Notes: generated from the sequence alone by a model not told the origin. A DNA stretch of 64,000 bases from an uncultured Pelagibacteraceae bacterium (GCA_902578525.1 CACHDJ010000002.1:8699-72698); one strand, 5' to 3'. Counted from the first letter of the stretch, positions 1-12,770 are shown. Numbers and translations: made by a program.

Positions 1-971
1 TTGAAAATATAACCAGATTCCATATTATTTAGATCTCCAACAAAACCTGAAATTTTATTTTTAGGTGTATTTTCAAATTTTGATTTAATAATTTTAAAAA
101 CTTCCTCCCAGCTAGCTTCCTCAAATTTATTATTATATTTAATGTAAGGAGAATCTAATCTTTGATTAAGAAGACCATCACAGGCATATCTTGTCTTGTC
201 TGAGATCCATTCTTCGTTAATATCTTCATTGATTATTGGTAAAACTCTTTTTACTTCCCAGCCATAAGTATCAACTCTTATATTTGAGCCAACAGCATCC
301 ATTACATCAATTGTCTCAGTTTTTTTAAGTTCCCACGGTCTAGCTTCAAAAACATATGGTTTAGAAGTAAGCGCTCCGACTGGACAAAGATCAATAACGT
401 TTCCAGATAATTCTGATTGTACAGATTGCTCTAGATAAGTAGTAATTTGCATGTCTTCACCCCTACCTATTGCTCCAATTTCTGGAACTCCAGCAATTTC
501 TGTTGCAAATCTTACGCATCTAGTGCAATGAATACATCTTGTCATTTGAGTTTTAATTAAAGGTCCCATATTTTTTTCAGGAACAGATCTTTTATTTTCT
601 TTAAATCTTGATTTATCAACCCCATAAAACATTGACTGGTCTTGAAGATCGCACTCACCACCTTGATCACAAACTGGACAATCAAGTGGATGATTTGCTA
701 ATAAAAATTCCATTACTCCTTTTCTAGCCTTTTCTACAAATGGAGTATTTGTTTTAATATTCATGCCTTCTGCTGCAGGCATAGCGCATGAAGCAATCGG
801 TTTAGGAGATTTTTCCATTTCTACTAAACACATTCTACAATTTCCAGCTATAGAAAGTTTTTCATGATAACAAAATCTTGGAATTTCGACTCCAGCTTTT
901 TCACAAGCTTGAAGAACTGTTAAACCTTCTTCAACTTCTATATCTATATCATTTACTTTTAATTTAAGCAT
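1..971 (-). CDS. nuoG: NADH-quinone oxidoreductase subunit G (N-terminal part; runs off window)
   Basis: Read manually: ATG at 971, [51 protein letters not shown]...[17 protein letters not shown]; follows nuoF. Confidence 0.97.
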   Translation of the reverse strand, partial: MLKLKVNDIDIEVEEGLTVLQACEKAGVEIPRFCYHEKLSIAGNCRMCLVEMEKSPKPIASCAMPAAEGMNIKTNTPFVEKARKGVMEFLLANHPLDCPVCDQGGECDLQDQSMFYGVDKSRFKENKRSVPEKNMGPLIKTQMTRCIHCTRCVRFATEIAGVPEIGAIGRGEDMQITTYLEQSVQSELSGNVIDLCPVGALTSKPYVFEARPWELKKTETIDVMDAVGSNIRVDTYGWEVKRVLPIINEDINEEWISDKTRYACDGLLNQRLDSPYIKYNNKFEEASWEEVFKIIKSKFENTPKNKISGFVGDLNNMESGYIF

Positions 972-2292
972 TTTTATCTAATAAATGTTGATCAACTAAA
1001 TAAGGTAAATCTTTTCGATCTTTAACAATCGGATCGAATTTATTTCGTCTTTTAATTTCACTTGAAAAATGTCTAAGTAAACCTTGAACTGGCCAAGAGG
1101 AACCCTCTCCAAAAGCACAAATTGTATGACCAGCTATTTGATTTGTGACATCTCCCAACATATCAATTTCGTCTCTAGATGCCTCTCCCTTTGCCATTCG
1201 TTCTAACATTCTCCACATCCATCCAGAACCTTCTCTACATGGAGTGCACTGTCCACAGCTTTCATGTTTATAAAATCTGGCAATTCTTGCCATACATTTA
1301 ATTATGTCTTGGTCTTTATTTATTACAACAACACCAGCTGTCCCTAATCCACTTTTTTCATCCATTAAAGAGTCAAAATCCATATTTAGAGTTTCACATT
1401 TATCCTTAGGTATTAATGGCATAGATGAACCACCAGGAATTACGGCTTGTAAGTTATCCCAACCACCAATTACTCCTCCTGCATGTACCTCAATTAACTC
1501 TTTTAATGAAATGCTCATTTCTTCTTCAACATTACATGGATTATTTACATTTCCAGAAATACAAAAAATCTTAGTACCTGTATTTTTTTCTCTGCCAAGA
1601 GATGCAAACCATTTACCACCTTTTCTTAGAATTGTTGGAACTACAGCAATAGTTTCAACGTTGTTTATAATTGTTGGACAACCATAAAGACCTATTAAAG
1701 CCGGAAAAGGTGGTTTCAATCTTGGCAGACCCTTTTTGCCTTCTATACTCTCAAGTAATGCTGTTTCTTCACCACAAATGTATGCACCAGCTCCATAATG
1801 AATATAGATATCTAAATCCCAACCAGTTGATGCAGCGTTTTTACCAAGCAATTTTTTTTCATAAGCTTCATCAATTGCACTTTGAAGTTTTTGACCTTCA
1901 ATGAAATATTCTCCTCTAATATAAATATAGCAAACATGTGCTTGAACAGCATATGAAGCAATTAAACATCCCTCAATTAATTTATGAGGCTCAAATCTTA
2001 AAATATCTCTATCTTTACAAGTACCAGGTTCTGATTCGTCAGCATTAATTACTAAATAATGAGGTCTTGAACCAAGTTCTTTTGGAGCAAAAGACCATTT
2101 TAATCCAGTAGGGAATCCAGCTCCTCCTCTGCCTCTAAGTTGTGATGTTTTAATTTCTTCAATTATCCAATTTCTACCTTTATCAGTTATTTCTTTTGTA
2201 TTAACCCAATCACCTCTTTTTTGTGATGAAGCTACGTCAAAACCTTTATCGTTATATAAATTTTGGAAAATTCTATCTTGATCTTTAAGCAT
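964..2292 (-). CDS. nuoF: NADH-quinone oxidoreductase subunit F
   Basis: [54 protein letters not shown] motifs. Confidence 0.98.
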   Translation of the reverse strand: MLKDQDRIFQNLYNDKGFDVASSQKRGDWVNTKEITDKGRNWIIEEIKTSQLRGRGGAGFPTGLKWSFAPKELGSRPHYLVINADESEPGTCKDRDILRFEPHKLIEGCLIASYAVQAHVCYIYIRGEYFIEGQKLQSAIDEAYEKKLLGKNAASTGWDLDIYIHYGAGAYICGEETALLESIEGKKGLPRLKPPFPALIGLYGCPTIINNVETIAVVPTILRKGGKWFASLGREKNTGTKIFCISGNVNNPCNVEEEMSISLKELIEVHAGGVIGGWDNLQAVIPGGSSMPLIPKDKCETLNMDFDSLMDEKSGLGTAGVVVINKDQDIIKCMARIARFYKHESCGQCTPCREGSGWMWRMLERMAKGEASRDEIDMLGDVTNQIAGHTICAFGEGSSWPVQGLLRHFSSEIKRRNKFDPIVKDRKDLPYLVDQHLLDKNA

Positions 2293-2893
2293 TTTTTAAA
2301 TCCATTAGTGTTTTTCTACTATTCTCAGGCGCATTATTAACCCGTCCCCTATATGATCCTGGTTTTGGCGACTCTCCTTTCAAAATTTTTTCTAAAATTT
2401 CTAATGTCTTTTTCTTGTCAAGATCTTCATAATAATCGTCATTAATTTGCATCATAGGTGCGTTAACACATGCTCCTAAACATTCAACTTCCATCCAAGA
2501 ACATTTATTATCTTTTGATAATTCTAATTCATTTTCAGAAATTTTTTCCTTACAGGCCTCAACTAATTGATTTGCACCTCTAATCATACAAGGGGTGGTA
2601 GTACAAACCTGAATAAAATGTTTTCCAACTGGAGATAAATTATACATACTATAAAATGTAGCTACTTCATATACTTGTATGTAAGGCATATTTAAAAACT
2701 TTCCAATATACTTCATAGCAGCTAGAGGTATCCAATTATCATTTTGTCTTTGGGCTATATAAAGTAAAGCCATTACTGCACTTTGCTGTTTATCTTTAGG
2801 ATAATTAGAAATAATTTTATTAACTGCTTCCAATGAGGAAGAATTAAATTCAAAACTTTCGGGCTGTTCTTTTGCAGGTCTTCTTAAACTCAT
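2285..2893 (-). CDS. nuoE: NADH-quinone oxidoreductase subunit E
   Basis: [11 protein letters not shown] and [11 protein letters not shown] 2Fe-2S motifs; operon order. Confidence 0.97.
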   Translation of the reverse strand: MSLRRPAKEQPESFEFNSSSLEAVNKIISNYPKDKQQSAVMALLYIAQRQNDNWIPLAAMKYIGKFLNMPYIQVYEVATFYSMYNLSPVGKHFIQVCTTTPCMIRGANQLVEACKEKISENELELSKDNKCSWMEVECLGACVNAPMMQINDDYYEDLDKKKTLEILEKILKGESPKPGSYRGRVNNAPENSRKTLMDLKNA

Positions 2894-4065
2894 CTATCTA
2901 CTTCTCCAAAAACTATATCTAAAGATCCTAATACTGCAGGAACATCAGCCAACATATGCCCCTTTATTAAATAATCCATTGACTGTAAGTGTGAAAATCC
3001 TGGTGCCCTAATTTTACATTTATATGGTTTATTTGATCCATCAGATATTAAATAAACACCAAACTCACCTTTTGGAGCCTCTACTGAAGTGTATATTTCA
3101 TCCTTAGGAACCCTGTATCCTTCGGTAAATAGTTTAAAATGATGAATTAATGCTTCCATAGATTGTTTTAATTCTTTTTTAGGGGGAGGGCTTATTTTTC
3201 CATCTTGTGATTTGATGGGTCCCTTTTCAATTTTTAATAAACATTGTTTAATGATTGAAACACTTTCTTTCATTTCTTCGATTCTACATAAGTATCGATC
3301 GTAACAATCTCCATTTTTACCTACAGGAATCTTAAATTCTAATTGATCATAACAATCATAAGGTTGCGCCTTTCTTAAATCCCATGGAACACCCGATCCT
3401 CTCATCATAACTCCAGTAAATGAATAATCAAGTGCATCACTTTTAGTCACAATACCTATGTCAACATTCCTTTGTTTAAAAATTCTATTATCAGTTAATA
3501 GATTTTCTAAATCATTAATAATTTTCGGAAAAGTTTCACAAAACTTCCCTATATCTTCTTCAAGACCAGCAGGTAAATCTTGATGAACTCCCCCTGCTCT
3601 GAAATAATTAGCATGTAATCTTGAACCTGAAGCTCTTTCATAGAAAGTCATTAATGTTTCTCGTTCTTCAAATCCCCAAAGAGATGGAGTAAGTGCTCCA
3701 ACGTCGAGTGCTTGAGTTGTTACATTTAAAATATGACTTAATATTCTCCCAATTTCACAAAAAATAACCCTGATGTATTGAGCTCTTATAGGGACGTCTA
3801 TCTTTAAGATTTTCTCTATGGCAAGAGCAAAAGCATGCTCTTGATTCATTGGAGCAACATAGTCTAGTCTATCAAAATAAGGAACAGCTTGCATATATGT
3901 TTTGTTTTCAATTAATTTTTCTGTACCACGATGAAGTAAACCAATGTGTGGATCTGCTTTTTCTACAACTTCTCCATCCAGCTCTAAAATTAGCCTCAAA
4001 ACACCATGAGCTGCCGGATGCTGAGGACCAAAATTTAAGTTTAAATTTTTAATTTTTTTTGTCAT
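2890..4065 (-). CDS. nuoD: NADH-quinone oxidoreductase subunit D
   Basis: [15 protein letters not shown]...DIVFGEVDR; start trimmed to ATG 4065 (MTKKIK). Confidence 0.97.
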   Translation of the reverse strand: MTKKIKNLNLNFGPQHPAAHGVLRLILELDGEVVEKADPHIGLLHRGTEKLIENKTYMQAVPYFDRLDYVAPMNQEHAFALAIEKILKIDVPIRAQYIRVIFCEIGRILSHILNVTTQALDVGALTPSLWGFEERETLMTFYERASGSRLHANYFRAGGVHQDLPAGLEEDIGKFCETFPKIINDLENLLTDNRIFKQRNVDIGIVTKSDALDYSFTGVMMRGSGVPWDLRKAQPYDCYDQLEFKIPVGKNGDCYDRYLCRIEEMKESVSIIKQCLLKIEKGPIKSQDGKISPPPKKELKQSMEALIHHFKLFTEGYRVPKDEIYTSVEAPKGEFGVYLISDGSNKPYKCKIRAPGFSHLQSMDYLIKGHMLADVPAVLGSLDIVFGEVDR

Positions 4066-4654
4066 TAATTTCTGTTTGTTTTTTGATATACTTTGTACCT
4101 TCCCATGGACTTTCATAATCAAAATTTCTATAATTTTGCTCTAGTTTAACTGGTTCACTGATAACTTTTTTTTCATCTTCGCTATACCTAACCTCGGAAT
4201 GACCAGTAAGAGGGAAATCTTTTCTTAATGGATGACCTTTAAATCCATAATCAGTTAAAATTCTTCTTAAGTCTGGATGATCTTTAAAATTTACACCATA
4301 CATATCAAAAACTTCTCTTTCCATCCAATTTGCAGCAGGAAAAATTGATGTTAGTGAATTTATAACTTCGTTTTCATTTACAAAATAACTTAAAATCATT
4401 CTTTGATTAAATTCATGACTTAAAAATAAGTAAACTAATTTAAATCTCTGACTTTGATCGGGATAGTCTACAACTGTAATATCTATTAATTGCCTAAATT
4501 TTATATCTTTATCGGTCTTTAAAAATAAAGTTACATCTATCAAATCTTCTTTATCAATTTCTATGTATAATTGATTATGATTTATTTCAGACTTATTTAT
4601 TTTTGTATTTAATTCTGAATTAATTTTTTTTTCAAGTTCAGTTAAGCTATTCAT
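4049..4654 (-). CDS. nuoC: NADH-quinone oxidoreductase subunit C
   Basis: [38 protein letters not shown]. Confidence 0.97.
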   Translation of the reverse strand: MNSLTELEKKINSELNTKINKSEINHNQLYIEIDKEDLIDVTLFLKTDKDIKFRQLIDITVVDYPDQSQRFKLVYLFLSHEFNQRMILSYFVNENEVINSLTSIFPAANWMEREVFDMYGVNFKDHPDLRRILTDYGFKGHPLRKDFPLTGHSEVRYSEDEKKVISEPVKLEQNYRNFDYESPWEGTKYIKKQTEINDKKN

Positions 4655-4656
4655 AC

Positions 4657-5172
4657 CTACCTATTTATAGAACCTTTATTTCTGATTTTTTTTTGTAGCT
4701 GAAGAATTCCATAAAGTAATGCTTCTGCCGAAGGAGGACAGCCAGGAACATATACATCGACTGGAACTATTCGATCACAGCCTCTTACAACTGAATATGA
4801 ATAATGATAATAACCTCCTCCATTTGCGCAACTTCCCATCGATATTACATATCTTGGTTCAGGCATTTGATCATAAACTTTTCTTAATGCTGGGGCCATC
4901 TTATTAGTTAAAGTACCAGCTACAATCATAACATCTGATTGTCTTGGGGAACCTCTGGGAGCAGCGCCAAATCTCTCAATGTCATATCTTGGCATAGCAG
5001 TTTGCATCATTTCAACCGCACAACATGCCAAACCAAAAGTCATCCAATGTAAAGAGCCTGATCGAGACCAATTAATTAGATTATCTAAAGATGTAGTTAT
5101 AAAACCATTCTCACTAAAATCTTTAGCTAGTTGTTTAAACTCCTCAGGTACTTGATTTAACTTATTGTTCAT
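4657..5172 (-). CDS. nuoB: NADH-quinone oxidoreductase subunit B
   Basis: [26 protein letters not shown]. Confidence 0.98.
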   Translation of the reverse strand: MNNKLNQVPEEFKQLAKDFSENGFITTSLDNLINWSRSGSLHWMTFGLACCAVEMMQTAMPRYDIERFGAAPRGSPRQSDVMIVAGTLTNKMAPALRKVYDQMPEPRYVISMGSCANGGGYYHYSYSVVRGCDRIVPVDVYVPGCPPSAEALLYGILQLQKKIRNKGSINR

Positions 5173-5184
5173 TTAAATTTATTA

Positions 5185-5553
5185 TTATTCCCAGTCTAGA
5201 GCACCTTTTTTCCACTCATAAATAAAACCTACTGTAAGTATGAATAAGAAAATCATCATTGAGCTGAAACCTAAAGTTCCAATATTTCCTAACGTGATAG
5301 CCCACGGAAAAAGAAAAGCTATCTCTAAATCAAAGATTATAAAAAGTATAGCTACTAAATAAAATCTAACATCAAATTCCATTCTAGAGTCCTCAAAAGG
5401 TTCAAAACCACATTCATATGCAGATAATTTTTCAGGATCAGGATTTTTTGGTGATAAGATAAAATTTATCACAATAAACGCACAACTCAATCCTAGGGCT
5501 AATACTAGAAATAAAATTATTGGCAAATAATCTTTTAAAAATTCCGCTGTCAT
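5185..5553 (-). CDS. nuoA: NADH-quinone oxidoreductase subunit A
   Basis: [32 protein letters not shown]. Confidence 0.98.
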   Translation of the reverse strand: MTAEFLKDYLPIILFLVLALGLSCAFIVINFILSPKNPDPEKLSAYECGFEPFEDSRMEFDVRFYLVAILFIIFDLEIAFLFPWAITLGNIGTLGFSSMMIFLFILTVGFIYEWKKGALDWE

Positions 5554-5671
5554 TGAGGAATATATATCATTTTTTACAAGTAGATGAAGTGGTGATAGGT
5601 CACATTATTCAAAATATACTCTATAAATGATAACGATTATCAATATTAATTTAATTAATTAAGTTATTAAG

Positions 5672-5748
5672 TGGCGGGAGTGAAGGGACTCGAACCCTCG
5701 ACCTATCGCGTGACAGGCGATCGCTCTAACCAACTGAGCTACACCCCC
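5672..5748 (-). tRNA. tRNA-Asp(GTC)
   Basis: GGGGGTGTAGCTCAGTTGGTTAGAGCGATCGCCTGTCACGCGAT...GGTTCGAGTCCCTTCACTCCCGCCA; cloverleaf, encoded CCA. Confidence 0.97.
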
Positions 5749-5762
5749 ACTTTTATTAATTT

Positions 5763-5838
5763 TGGTGGGCAGTAAAGGACTCGAACCTTTGACCCCCTCG
5801 GTGTAAACGAGATGCTCTACCAGCTGAGCTAACCGCCC
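5763..5838 (-). tRNA. tRNA-Val(TAC)
   Basis: GGGCGGTTAGCTCAGCTGGTAGAGCATCTCGTTTACACCGAG...GGTTCGAGTCCTTTACTGCCCACCA. Confidence 0.97.
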
Positions 5839-5887
5839 CAAAATATCGGTACTAATACATCAAGGATAAAGTAATGTAAATTAATTA

Positions 5888-8266
5888 TTATTGAATACTA
5901 GCTTGAGATTTATCATCTTTTTTAGTCAAATCAACTTCAACCCATTCTGTTCTTTTTAGTTCTTTGGTCAAAGCTATTTTTAAAACTTGATCAGCATGCT
6001 CCACAGGAGTAATTTTTATTTCATCAACAATTTTTTTTGGCATATCAACTAAATCTTTCTCGTTCTCTTTTGGAATTATAACTTGTTTTATGCCAGCTCT
6101 GTGTGCTGCTAATAGTTTTTCTTTTAGTCCCCCAATAGGTAAAACTTGTCCTGTAATAGTAACTTCACCTGTCATTGCTACGTCTTTTCTTACAGAAATA
6201 TTTGTTAAAGATGAAACAATTGATGTTACCATTCCTATACCTGCAGAAGGTCCATCTTTTGGAGTAGCTCCCTCAGGGACATGAATATGAAAATCTTTTT
6301 TTTCAAACAAAGGAGGAATAATTCCATACTCTAAACATTTTGATCTTACAAAAGATTTTGCTGCCTTAACGGACTCTTGCATAACATCACCTAATTTACC
6401 AGTAATTTGCATTCTACCTTTACCTGGCATTGTAACAGTTTCAATTTTTAAAATTTCTCCACCATACTCTGTCCATGCTAGACCAGTAACTATACCTACC
6501 TTATTGTCTGTCTCAAGTTCCCCAAATTTATATTTGGCTACTCCTAAAAAATCTGAGAGATTTTTTTTATTTATTCCAACCTCTTTTTGCTCTCCTGAAA
6601 CTACTTTTTTAACAACTTTTCTAGCTAGCTTAGAAATCTCTCGTTCTAAATTTCTTACCCCAGATTCTTTAGTGTAACTTCTAATTATTTCTTTAATAAT
6701 ATCTTCATCTAGGTTCATTTCTTTTTCTTTAACCCCGTTATCTTTTATTTGCTTAGGTAATAAGAATTTATTAGCTATACTAATCTTTTCATCCTCTGTA
6801 TAACCTGCAAGTCTTATAACTTCCATTCTATCTAGCAACGGAGGAAGAATATTAAGAGTGTTTGCTGTAGTTACGAACATTACATCTGATAAATCATAAT
6901 CTACTTCTAAATAATGATCATTAAATGTAGTGTTTTGTTCAGGATCTAAAGCTTCTAATAATGCTGAGGACGGATCACCTCGATAATCATTTCCTATTTT
7001 ATCTATTTCATCTAATAAAATTAATGGATTTTTTGTTCCAGCTTTTTTCATCATCTGAATAATTTTACCAGGAAGAGAACCTATATAAGTTCTTCTATGA
7101 CCTCTTATCTCAGCTTCATCTCTCATTCCTCCAACAGACATTCTAACAAATTCTCTGTTAGTAGCTTTGGCAATGGATTTTCCTAAAGAAGTTTTTCCAA
7201 CACCTGGGGGGCCAACTAAACACAAAATAGGACCTTTAATTTTTTCCATTCTTTTTTGAACGGCTAAAAATTCTACGATTCTTTCTTTTACTTTTTCTAA
7301 ACCATAATGATCTTTATCAAGAACATCCAATGCTTTGACTAAATCTATAGTTGTTTGACTTTTTTTGTACCATGGCAAATCTATCATCCAATCTAAATAA
7401 TTTCTTACAACTGTCGCCTCTGCAGACATTGGACTCATATTTTTTAATTTTTTTAATTCTTGTAAGCATTTTTTTTCAACTTCTTTAGGCATTTTAGATT
7501 TTAAAATAGATTTATTCAGACTTGTATTTTCGTCTTTACCATCCTCTATCTCGCCTAACTCTTTCTGAATAGCTTTAAGTTGCTCATTCAAATAATATTC
7601 TCTTTGAGTTTTTTCCATTTGAGTTTTAACTCTACCTCTAATTCTTTTTTCAACACCTATGATGCTAGTTTCATTTTCCATTATTTTAATAATTGCGTTT
7701 AATCTTTTTTTCACATCTGATGACTCAAAAATTTGTTGTTTTTCTGATATTGTAGCATTTATGTGGGATGCAATATTATCAGCAATTTGTGATGGTTCTT
7801 TTAATTGCTTAATAGCATTGATTGTTTCTGTAGAAACTTTTTTATTAATTGAAGTTAATTTTTCTAATCTTCTTACAGCTGTTACAGCTAATGGATATAG
7901 ATCTTCATCTTTATCAAAAATGTCTTTTTGATGAGTATACTCACAAGTTATAAACTTTTCATTGTCTTTAAAATCTAAAATTTTTACTCTTTTAATGCCC
8001 TCTACTAAAACTTTTACAGTACCATCTGGTAATTTTAGTAGTTGAAGAATACTTCCTTCACAACCGTACATAAATACATCTGTTTTTTTCGGATCATCTA
8101 TTTCTGAATTTTTTTGGGTTACTAAAATAATTTTCTTATCTTTTTTCATTACTTCATTTAGGGCAGATATAGATTTATCTCTTCCAACAAATAGAGGTAT
8201 GACCATACTTGGAAATACAACAATATCTCTCAATGGTAATAGTGGTAATGAAATTTTTACATCCAT
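5888..8266 (-). CDS. lon: Lon protease
   Basis: LPLRDIVVFP N-domain, GPPGVGKTS Walker A, PKDGPSAG catalytic Ser. Confidence 0.98.
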   Translation of the reverse strand: MDVKISLPLLPLRDIVVFPSMVIPLFVGRDKSISALNEVMKKDKKIILVTQKNSEIDDPKKTDVFMYGCEGSILQLLKLPDGTVKVLVEGIKRVKILDFKDNEKFITCEYTHQKDIFDKDEDLYPLAVTAVRRLEKLTSINKKVSTETINAIKQLKEPSQIADNIASHINATISEKQQIFESSDVKKRLNAIIKIMENETSIIGVEKRIRGRVKTQMEKTQREYYLNEQLKAIQKELGEIEDGKDENTSLNKSILKSKMPKEVEKKCLQELKKLKNMSPMSAEATVVRNYLDWMIDLPWYKKSQTTIDLVKALDVLDKDHYGLEKVKERIVEFLAVQKRMEKIKGPILCLVGPPGVGKTSLGKSIAKATNREFVRMSVGGMRDEAEIRGHRRTYIGSLPGKIIQMMKKAGTKNPLILLDEIDKIGNDYRGDPSSALLEALDPEQNTTFNDHYLEVDYDLSDVMFVTTANTLNILPPLLDRMEVIRLAGYTEDEKISIANKFLLPKQIKDNGVKEKEMNLDEDIIKEIIRSYTKESGVRNLEREISKLARKVVKKVVSGEQKEVGINKKNLSDFLGVAKYKFGELETDNKVGIVTGLAWTEYGGEILKIETVTMPGKGRMQITGKLGDVMQESVKAAKSFVRSKCLEYGIIPPLFEKKDFHIHVPEGATPKDGPSAGIGMVTSIVSSLTNISVRKDVAMTGEVTITGQVLPIGGLKEKLLAAHRAGIKQVIIPKENEKDLVDMPKKIVDEIKITPVEHADQVLKIALTKELKRTEWVEVDLTKKDDKSQASIQ

Positions 8267-8326
8267 TAATTGAATATGGATATTATATTTAATATTGCAA
8301 TAGCTTTTTATTACTTATTAAGGATA

Positions 8327-9595
8327 TTAAGCCGCTGATGTTTTGCCAGTTTTTGAACTATCCTCATTTTTAGAGTGGACCAATATAGGTTGAGTTTGTC
8401 CTTTTACTGAAGAGGCATCAACAATAACTTCCTCTATATTTTCTTGGCTTGGTAAATCATACATTGTTTTTAATAAAATATTTTCCAATATTGACCTTAA
8501 ACCTCTAGCTCCTGTCTTTTTACTAATTGCTTTCTGAGCTATCTCTTTTAAAGCATTATCTTTAAAAGTTAATTTTGCCCCATCAAGTCTAAATAATTCT
8601 TGATATTGTTTGGTCAATGAATTTTTAGGTTCTTGTAAAATTTTGATTAAAGATTTTTCATCTAAATCTTCTAAAGTAGCAATCATTGGTAATCTTCCAA
8701 TAAATTCTGGAATTAAACCATATTTTAATAGATCCTCAGGTTCTAAACTTTTCATCCATTCGCCTGTTTTTTTATCTTGAGTATTTTTTACATCCGCTCC
8801 AAAACCTATTGAGGTTCCTTTATCTCTTTGAGAAATTATTTTATCTAATCCTGCAAATGCACCTCCACAAATAAAAAGAATATTAGTTGTATCTACTTGT
8901 AAAAACTCTTGTTGTGGGTGTTTTCTTCCTCCTTGAGGCGGAACGCTAGCAATTGTACCTTCCATAATTTTTAACAAAGCTTGTTGGACGCCTTCACCAG
9001 AAACATCTCTTGTAATTGAGGGATTTTCTGATTTTCTACTTATTTTATCGACTTCATCAATATACACTATTCCCCTTTGGGCTTTTTCAACATTATAATC
9101 AGCAGACTGAAGTAATTTTAAAATTATATTTTCGACATCTTCACCAACGTATCCAGCTTCAGTTAATGTCGTAGCGTCTGCCATAGTAAAGGGAACATCC
9201 AAGATTCTTGCAAGAGTTTGTGCTAGTAAAGTTTTTCCACAGCCAGTTGGTCCAACTAATAATATATTAGATTTTGCCAATTCAACATTTTTGCTTGTTT
9301 TATTTTCATAATTTAATCTTTTATAATGATTATGAACTGCAACTGATAAAACTTTTTTCGCATGAGCTTGGCCGATTACATAATCATCTAAAACTGTTCG
9401 AATTTCTTTAGGAGAAGGAAGACCATCTTCATGTTTAACAAATGTATCTTTATTCTCTTCTTTGATAATATCCATACATAATTCAACACACTCATCACAA
9501 ATAAATACTGTTGGTCCAGCAATTAATTTTCTAACTTCGTGTTGGCTTTTTCCGCAGAAAGAGCAATAAAGAATATTTTTATTATTTGTGTTCAT
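8327..9595 (-). CDS. clpX: ATP-dependent Clp protease ATP-binding subunit ClpX
   Basis: CSFCGKSQ zinc finger, [11 protein letters not shown] loop. Confidence 0.98.
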   Translation of the reverse strand: MNTNNKNILYCSFCGKSQHEVRKLIAGPTVFICDECVELCMDIIKEENKDTFVKHEDGLPSPKEIRTVLDDYVIGQAHAKKVLSVAVHNHYKRLNYENKTSKNVELAKSNILLVGPTGCGKTLLAQTLARILDVPFTMADATTLTEAGYVGEDVENIILKLLQSADYNVEKAQRGIVYIDEVDKISRKSENPSITRDVSGEGVQQALLKIMEGTIASVPPQGGRKHPQQEFLQVDTTNILFICGGAFAGLDKIISQRDKGTSIGFGADVKNTQDKKTGEWMKSLEPEDLLKYGLIPEFIGRLPMIATLEDLDEKSLIKILQEPKNSLTKQYQELFRLDGAKLTFKDNALKEIAQKAISKKTGARGLRSILENILLKTMYDLPSQENIEEVIVDASSVKGQTQPILVHSKNEDSSKTGKTSAA

Positions 9596-9684
9596 AATTT
9601 TTAAAACGAATCAGTTTAACTATCTTATTATATGAAACTCATTGATATCAAGTTTCAAATTAACCAGTTTCAATATGTGGTATC

Positions 9685-10293
9685 TTATGATCTTTTTTCT
9701 ACTACTTCGTCAATTAAACCAAAAGATTTTGCTACCTCAGCAGTCATGAAATTATCTCTTTCTAAAGCACTTTTAATTTCCTCAACTGTTTTTTTTGTAT
9801 GTTTAGAATATATTTCATTTAATCTTTTCTTTAAAGATAGCACTTCATTTGCATGAATTTCTATATCTGTAGCTTGGCCTTGAAAGCCAGCTGATGGCTG
9901 ATGCACCATTATTCTAGAGTTGGGAAGAGAAAATCTTTTTCCTTTTGCGCCTGCTGCAAGTAAAAAAGATCCCATAGATGCAGCTTGGCCAATACAAAGT
10001 GTAGAAATTTCAGGTTTAATATATTGCATTGTATCATAAATACCTAAGCCAGCTGTTACTAAACCACCTGGACTATTAATATACAAATATATTTCTTTTT
10101 TTGGATCCTCTGCCTCCAAAAATAATAACTGAGCTGTTACGAGCGAAGCCACATTATCATTGATTTGACCAGTTAAAAAAATAATTCTTTCTTTTAATAA
10201 TCTTGAATAAATATCATACGCTCTTTCACCTTTATTAGATTGCTCAACAACCATAGGAACTAAATTATTCATATGTTCTGAAATTTTATCCAT
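9685..10293 (-). CDS. clpP: Clp protease proteolytic subunit
   Basis: [26 protein letters not shown]; start taken at ATG 10293 (alternative 10272). Confidence 0.97.
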   Translation of the reverse strand: MDKISEHMNNLVPMVVEQSNKGERAYDIYSRLLKERIIFLTGQINDNVASLVTAQLLFLEAEDPKKEIYLYINSPGGLVTAGLGIYDTMQYIKPEISTLCIGQAASMGSFLLAAGAKGKRFSLPNSRIMVHQPSAGFQGQATDIEIHANEVLSLKKRLNEIYSKHTKKTVEEIKSALERDNFMTAEVAKSFGLIDEVVEKRS

Positions 10294-10327
10294 AAATTTT
10301 GATTCGGATTGTTTATACAACTTCAGA

Positions 10328-11761
10328 TTACTTTTTACTAACTTTTTTTGTTTTTTTGACCGCTGATTTAGTTTTTATGGGTTTTGGCTTAGTTTTAATG
10401 TCTGTAGATTTTTTTGTCTCAACCTTTTTTTCAGGCTTTCTTTGATCTTTAAGTTCTTGATCAAGCTGTTGTTTTTGAGAGTCTTTTAAAATTTTTTCTG
10501 CTTCATTTTTTGAAATTTCTTTTTTGTTTGATTTAGCTTTTTCTTTAATCAAATTTATTATTTTTTCTTCATAAACTGTTCCTCTTAGGCTAGCAACTGC
10601 AGAAGGGTTTTTTTGATAAAAATCCATCACCATTTTTTCTTGTCCAGGCATCATTCTTAATTGTTTTTGAATTTCACCTTGCAATTCTTGTTCAGTAACT
10701 TTTATTTTATTTTGTTCTCCAAATTCATTTAATATTAAGCCAGTTTTAATTCTTTTTTTTGCGATCTCATCAAAATTTTTTTTACTTTTTTTTGCATCTT
10801 CTTCTGACATGCCTTGAGATAAAATCTTAACTTCCTCTTCAATTAAATTTTCAGGTATTTGATCGACCTTGAATTTTTCTATTTCTTTTAAAATTTGATT
10901 TTTAGATAAACGATCTAAGGAATTTTTATATTCATCATTAATTTGATTAGATATTAATTTTTTTAAATCATCTAAATCTTTCGCACCTAAATTTTTTGCA
11001 AAATCATCATTTATTTTAACTTCTTCTGGTTTTTTTACTGAAATAATTTTACAATTAAATTTAGATTTTTTATTAGCAAATTCTTTTTCAGGAAAATTTT
11101 CAGGTAACGTAGCTTCAACTACTTTTAAGTCACCTTTTTTAACTCCAATTAATTGTTTATCAAATCCTTTTAAAAATAAATCTTTTCCTAGAGTTAATTG
11201 AGTGTTCTTTCCCTCACCTCCTTTAAAAGGTTTATCATCAACTGTTGCATCATAATCCAAAATAACTAAATCTCCTTCGTTCGCTTTTGAATCTGATGAA
11301 GCTTCTTTAAAATTTGGTTGATTTTTTGCTATTTCTTTAATTCTCTTATCAGTTTCCGAAGGATCAATTTTAACACTGTATTCATCAAATTTTATATCTT
11401 TAATTGATTTAGTATCTATTTTAGGAAGTTCAGTTACTGAAATAATATATTCTAAATCTTTATCTTCGCCATAAATTTTAAGATCAAGTTTTGGTTGTCC
11501 TGCTGGTTTAATTTTATTTTCATCCAATGCTTTAGTAGAGGTATCTTTTAAGACTTTATCCAAAACCTCACTAAAAACTGCCTTTCCAAATTGTTTTTTT
11601 AAAATTTCTTTAGGAACTTTACCTGGCCTAAAACCTTTTATATTAACTGTGCCTTTGATCTCTTCATATTTTTCATCCATGTAAGAGTTCATAGTCTTCT
11701 TATCTATGAAAACTTTAATATCTTTATTTAAACCTTTTTTGTTTTCTACAGTTACTTTCAT
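10328..11761 (-). CDS. tig: Trigger factor
   Basis: GFRPGKVP ribosome-binding motif, FKBP domain, tig-clpP-clpX-lon synteny. Confidence 0.96.
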   Translation of the reverse strand: MKVTVENKKGLNKDIKVFIDKKTMNSYMDEKYEEIKGTVNIKGFRPGKVPKEILKKQFGKAVFSEVLDKVLKDTSTKALDENKIKPAGQPKLDLKIYGEDKDLEYIISVTELPKIDTKSIKDIKFDEYSVKIDPSETDKRIKEIAKNQPNFKEASSDSKANEGDLVILDYDATVDDKPFKGGEGKNTQLTLGKDLFLKGFDKQLIGVKKGDLKVVEATLPENFPEKEFANKKSKFNCKIISVKKPEEVKINDDFAKNLGAKDLDDLKKLISNQINDEYKNSLDRLSKNQILKEIEKFKVDQIPENLIEEEVKILSQGMSEEDAKKSKKNFDEIAKKRIKTGLILNEFGEQNKIKVTEQELQGEIQKQLRMMPGQEKMVMDFYQKNPSAVASLRGTVYEEKIINLIKEKAKSNKKEISKNEAEKILKDSQKQQLDQELKDQRKPEKKVETKKSTDIKTKPKPIKTKSAVKKTKKVSKK

Positions 11762-11771
11762 AAATTAATTA

Positions 11772-11856
11772 TGGTAGGGCGAAAAGGACTCGAACCTTCA
11801 CATGTTGCCATATTGGTTCCTAAGACCAACGCGTCTACCAATTCCGCCATCGCCCC
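11772..11856 (-). tRNA. tRNA-Leu(TAG)
   Basis: GGGGCGATGGCGGAATTGGTAGACGCGTTGGTCTTAGGAACCAA + long variable arm + GGTTCGAGTCC...ACCA; 85 nt; upstream of tig. Confidence 0.96.
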
Positions 11857-11943
11857 ACAAATTTTAAGTTTTATATATGATAGAAACTATTTGTCCAACT
11901 ACAATTATTGTAATTTATATTAATTTTCCTTTATAATATTAAT

Positions 11944-12195
11944 ATGATTATTTCACCATGTATAAGTATTTGTAAAACAGATCCAAGCACGGGATATTGC
12001 TACGGTTGTGGTAGAAATAATGAAGAAAAAAAAATTTGGAAGCTTGAAGATACAACTGATGAGTGGAAAAAAGAAAACCTTAAAATTATTAAAAATAGAC
12101 TAAAAGGTTGGCAATTAGAAAGTTTTGAAGAGTCCTATACATATAAAATTGAAAATGGTATTTCTTTATTCAAAAAAAATTTAAAAAATGAATAA
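11944..12195 (+). CDS. DUF1289-family Cys-rich small protein
   Basis: SPCISICK...YCYGCGR..EE..W pattern. Confidence 0.8.
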   Translation: MIISPCISICKTDPSTGYCYGCGRNNEEKKIWKLEDTTDEWKKENLKIIKNRLKGWQLESFEESYTYKIENGISLFKKNLKNE

Positions 12196-12361
12196 AACTA
12201 CAATAGTTATAATAATCTATATAATTGGACTTATTTTTGGAGCTTTAGTTCTTAATATTTGGAGCGCAGATACAAATGTTTTTAAAGGTCTTTTGGGTTT
12301 AGGCTGGACAGCTTTACTTTTGATAGGTTTATTTTTCGCCGAAAAACATGAAAAAAATTAA
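12188..12361 (+). CDS. Small 2-TM membrane protein, 57 aa (not in ORF track)
   Basis: MNKTTIVIIIYIIGLIFGALVLNIWSADTNVFKGLLGLGWTALLLIGLFFAEKHEKN; overlaps both neighbours as in an operon. Confidence 0.7.
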   Translation: MNKTTIVIIIYIIGLIFGALVLNIWSADTNVFKGLLGLGWTALLLIGLFFAEKHEKN

Positions 12362-12770
12362 ATTTTTAGTTTCTCTTTTATTAATAATTTTACCCTTACA
12401 AAAACTTCAATCAGAGATAATAATTATGAGTGCATGTGATGACAAGCAAGATGAATTTTTAAAAAATGAATATATCCTTAATTTGAATGAATTAATAATG
12501 ACCAGAAATTATGTATATAAAGAAAAGACTTATCAAAAACATAAATTAACTGACTTAAGTGTAAAAAAATCTAATTCTTACGTCAGAAATATATATGAAA
12601 AAGATGGAAAAATTTTTACTCATAAACATGGTTATCCTCAGTTTTATACACAAATTTTATTTGAGAGAGGTAATCAAGAAATTTTTATTAAAACTGTTCT
12701 AAATGATGAAGAGGGTGTCTCGAAAATTTCAAATTGTAAAAAAATAGAAAAATTTGAAAAAGAAAGTTAA
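12348..12770 (+). CDS. Hypothetical exported protein
   Basis: Signal-peptide-like N-terminus, two Cys. Confidence 0.65.
   Translation: MKKIKFLVSLLLIILPLQKLQSEIIIMSACDDKQDEFLKNEYILNLNELIMTRNYVYKEKTYQKHKLTDLSVKKSNSYVRNIYEKDGKIFTHKHGYPQFYTQILFERGNQEIFIKTVLNDEEGVSKISNCKKIEKFEKES

Noticed and set aside
5659-5841. 60-aa ORF in the track
   Set aside because: It is a translation of tRNA-Val and tRNA-Asp
1304-9856. Short + strand ORFs antisense to nuo, lon and clpP (similar ones occur over xsc, apr, amtB, the regulator and thiV)
   Set aside because: Shadow frames fully overlapping well-supported genes; no motifs
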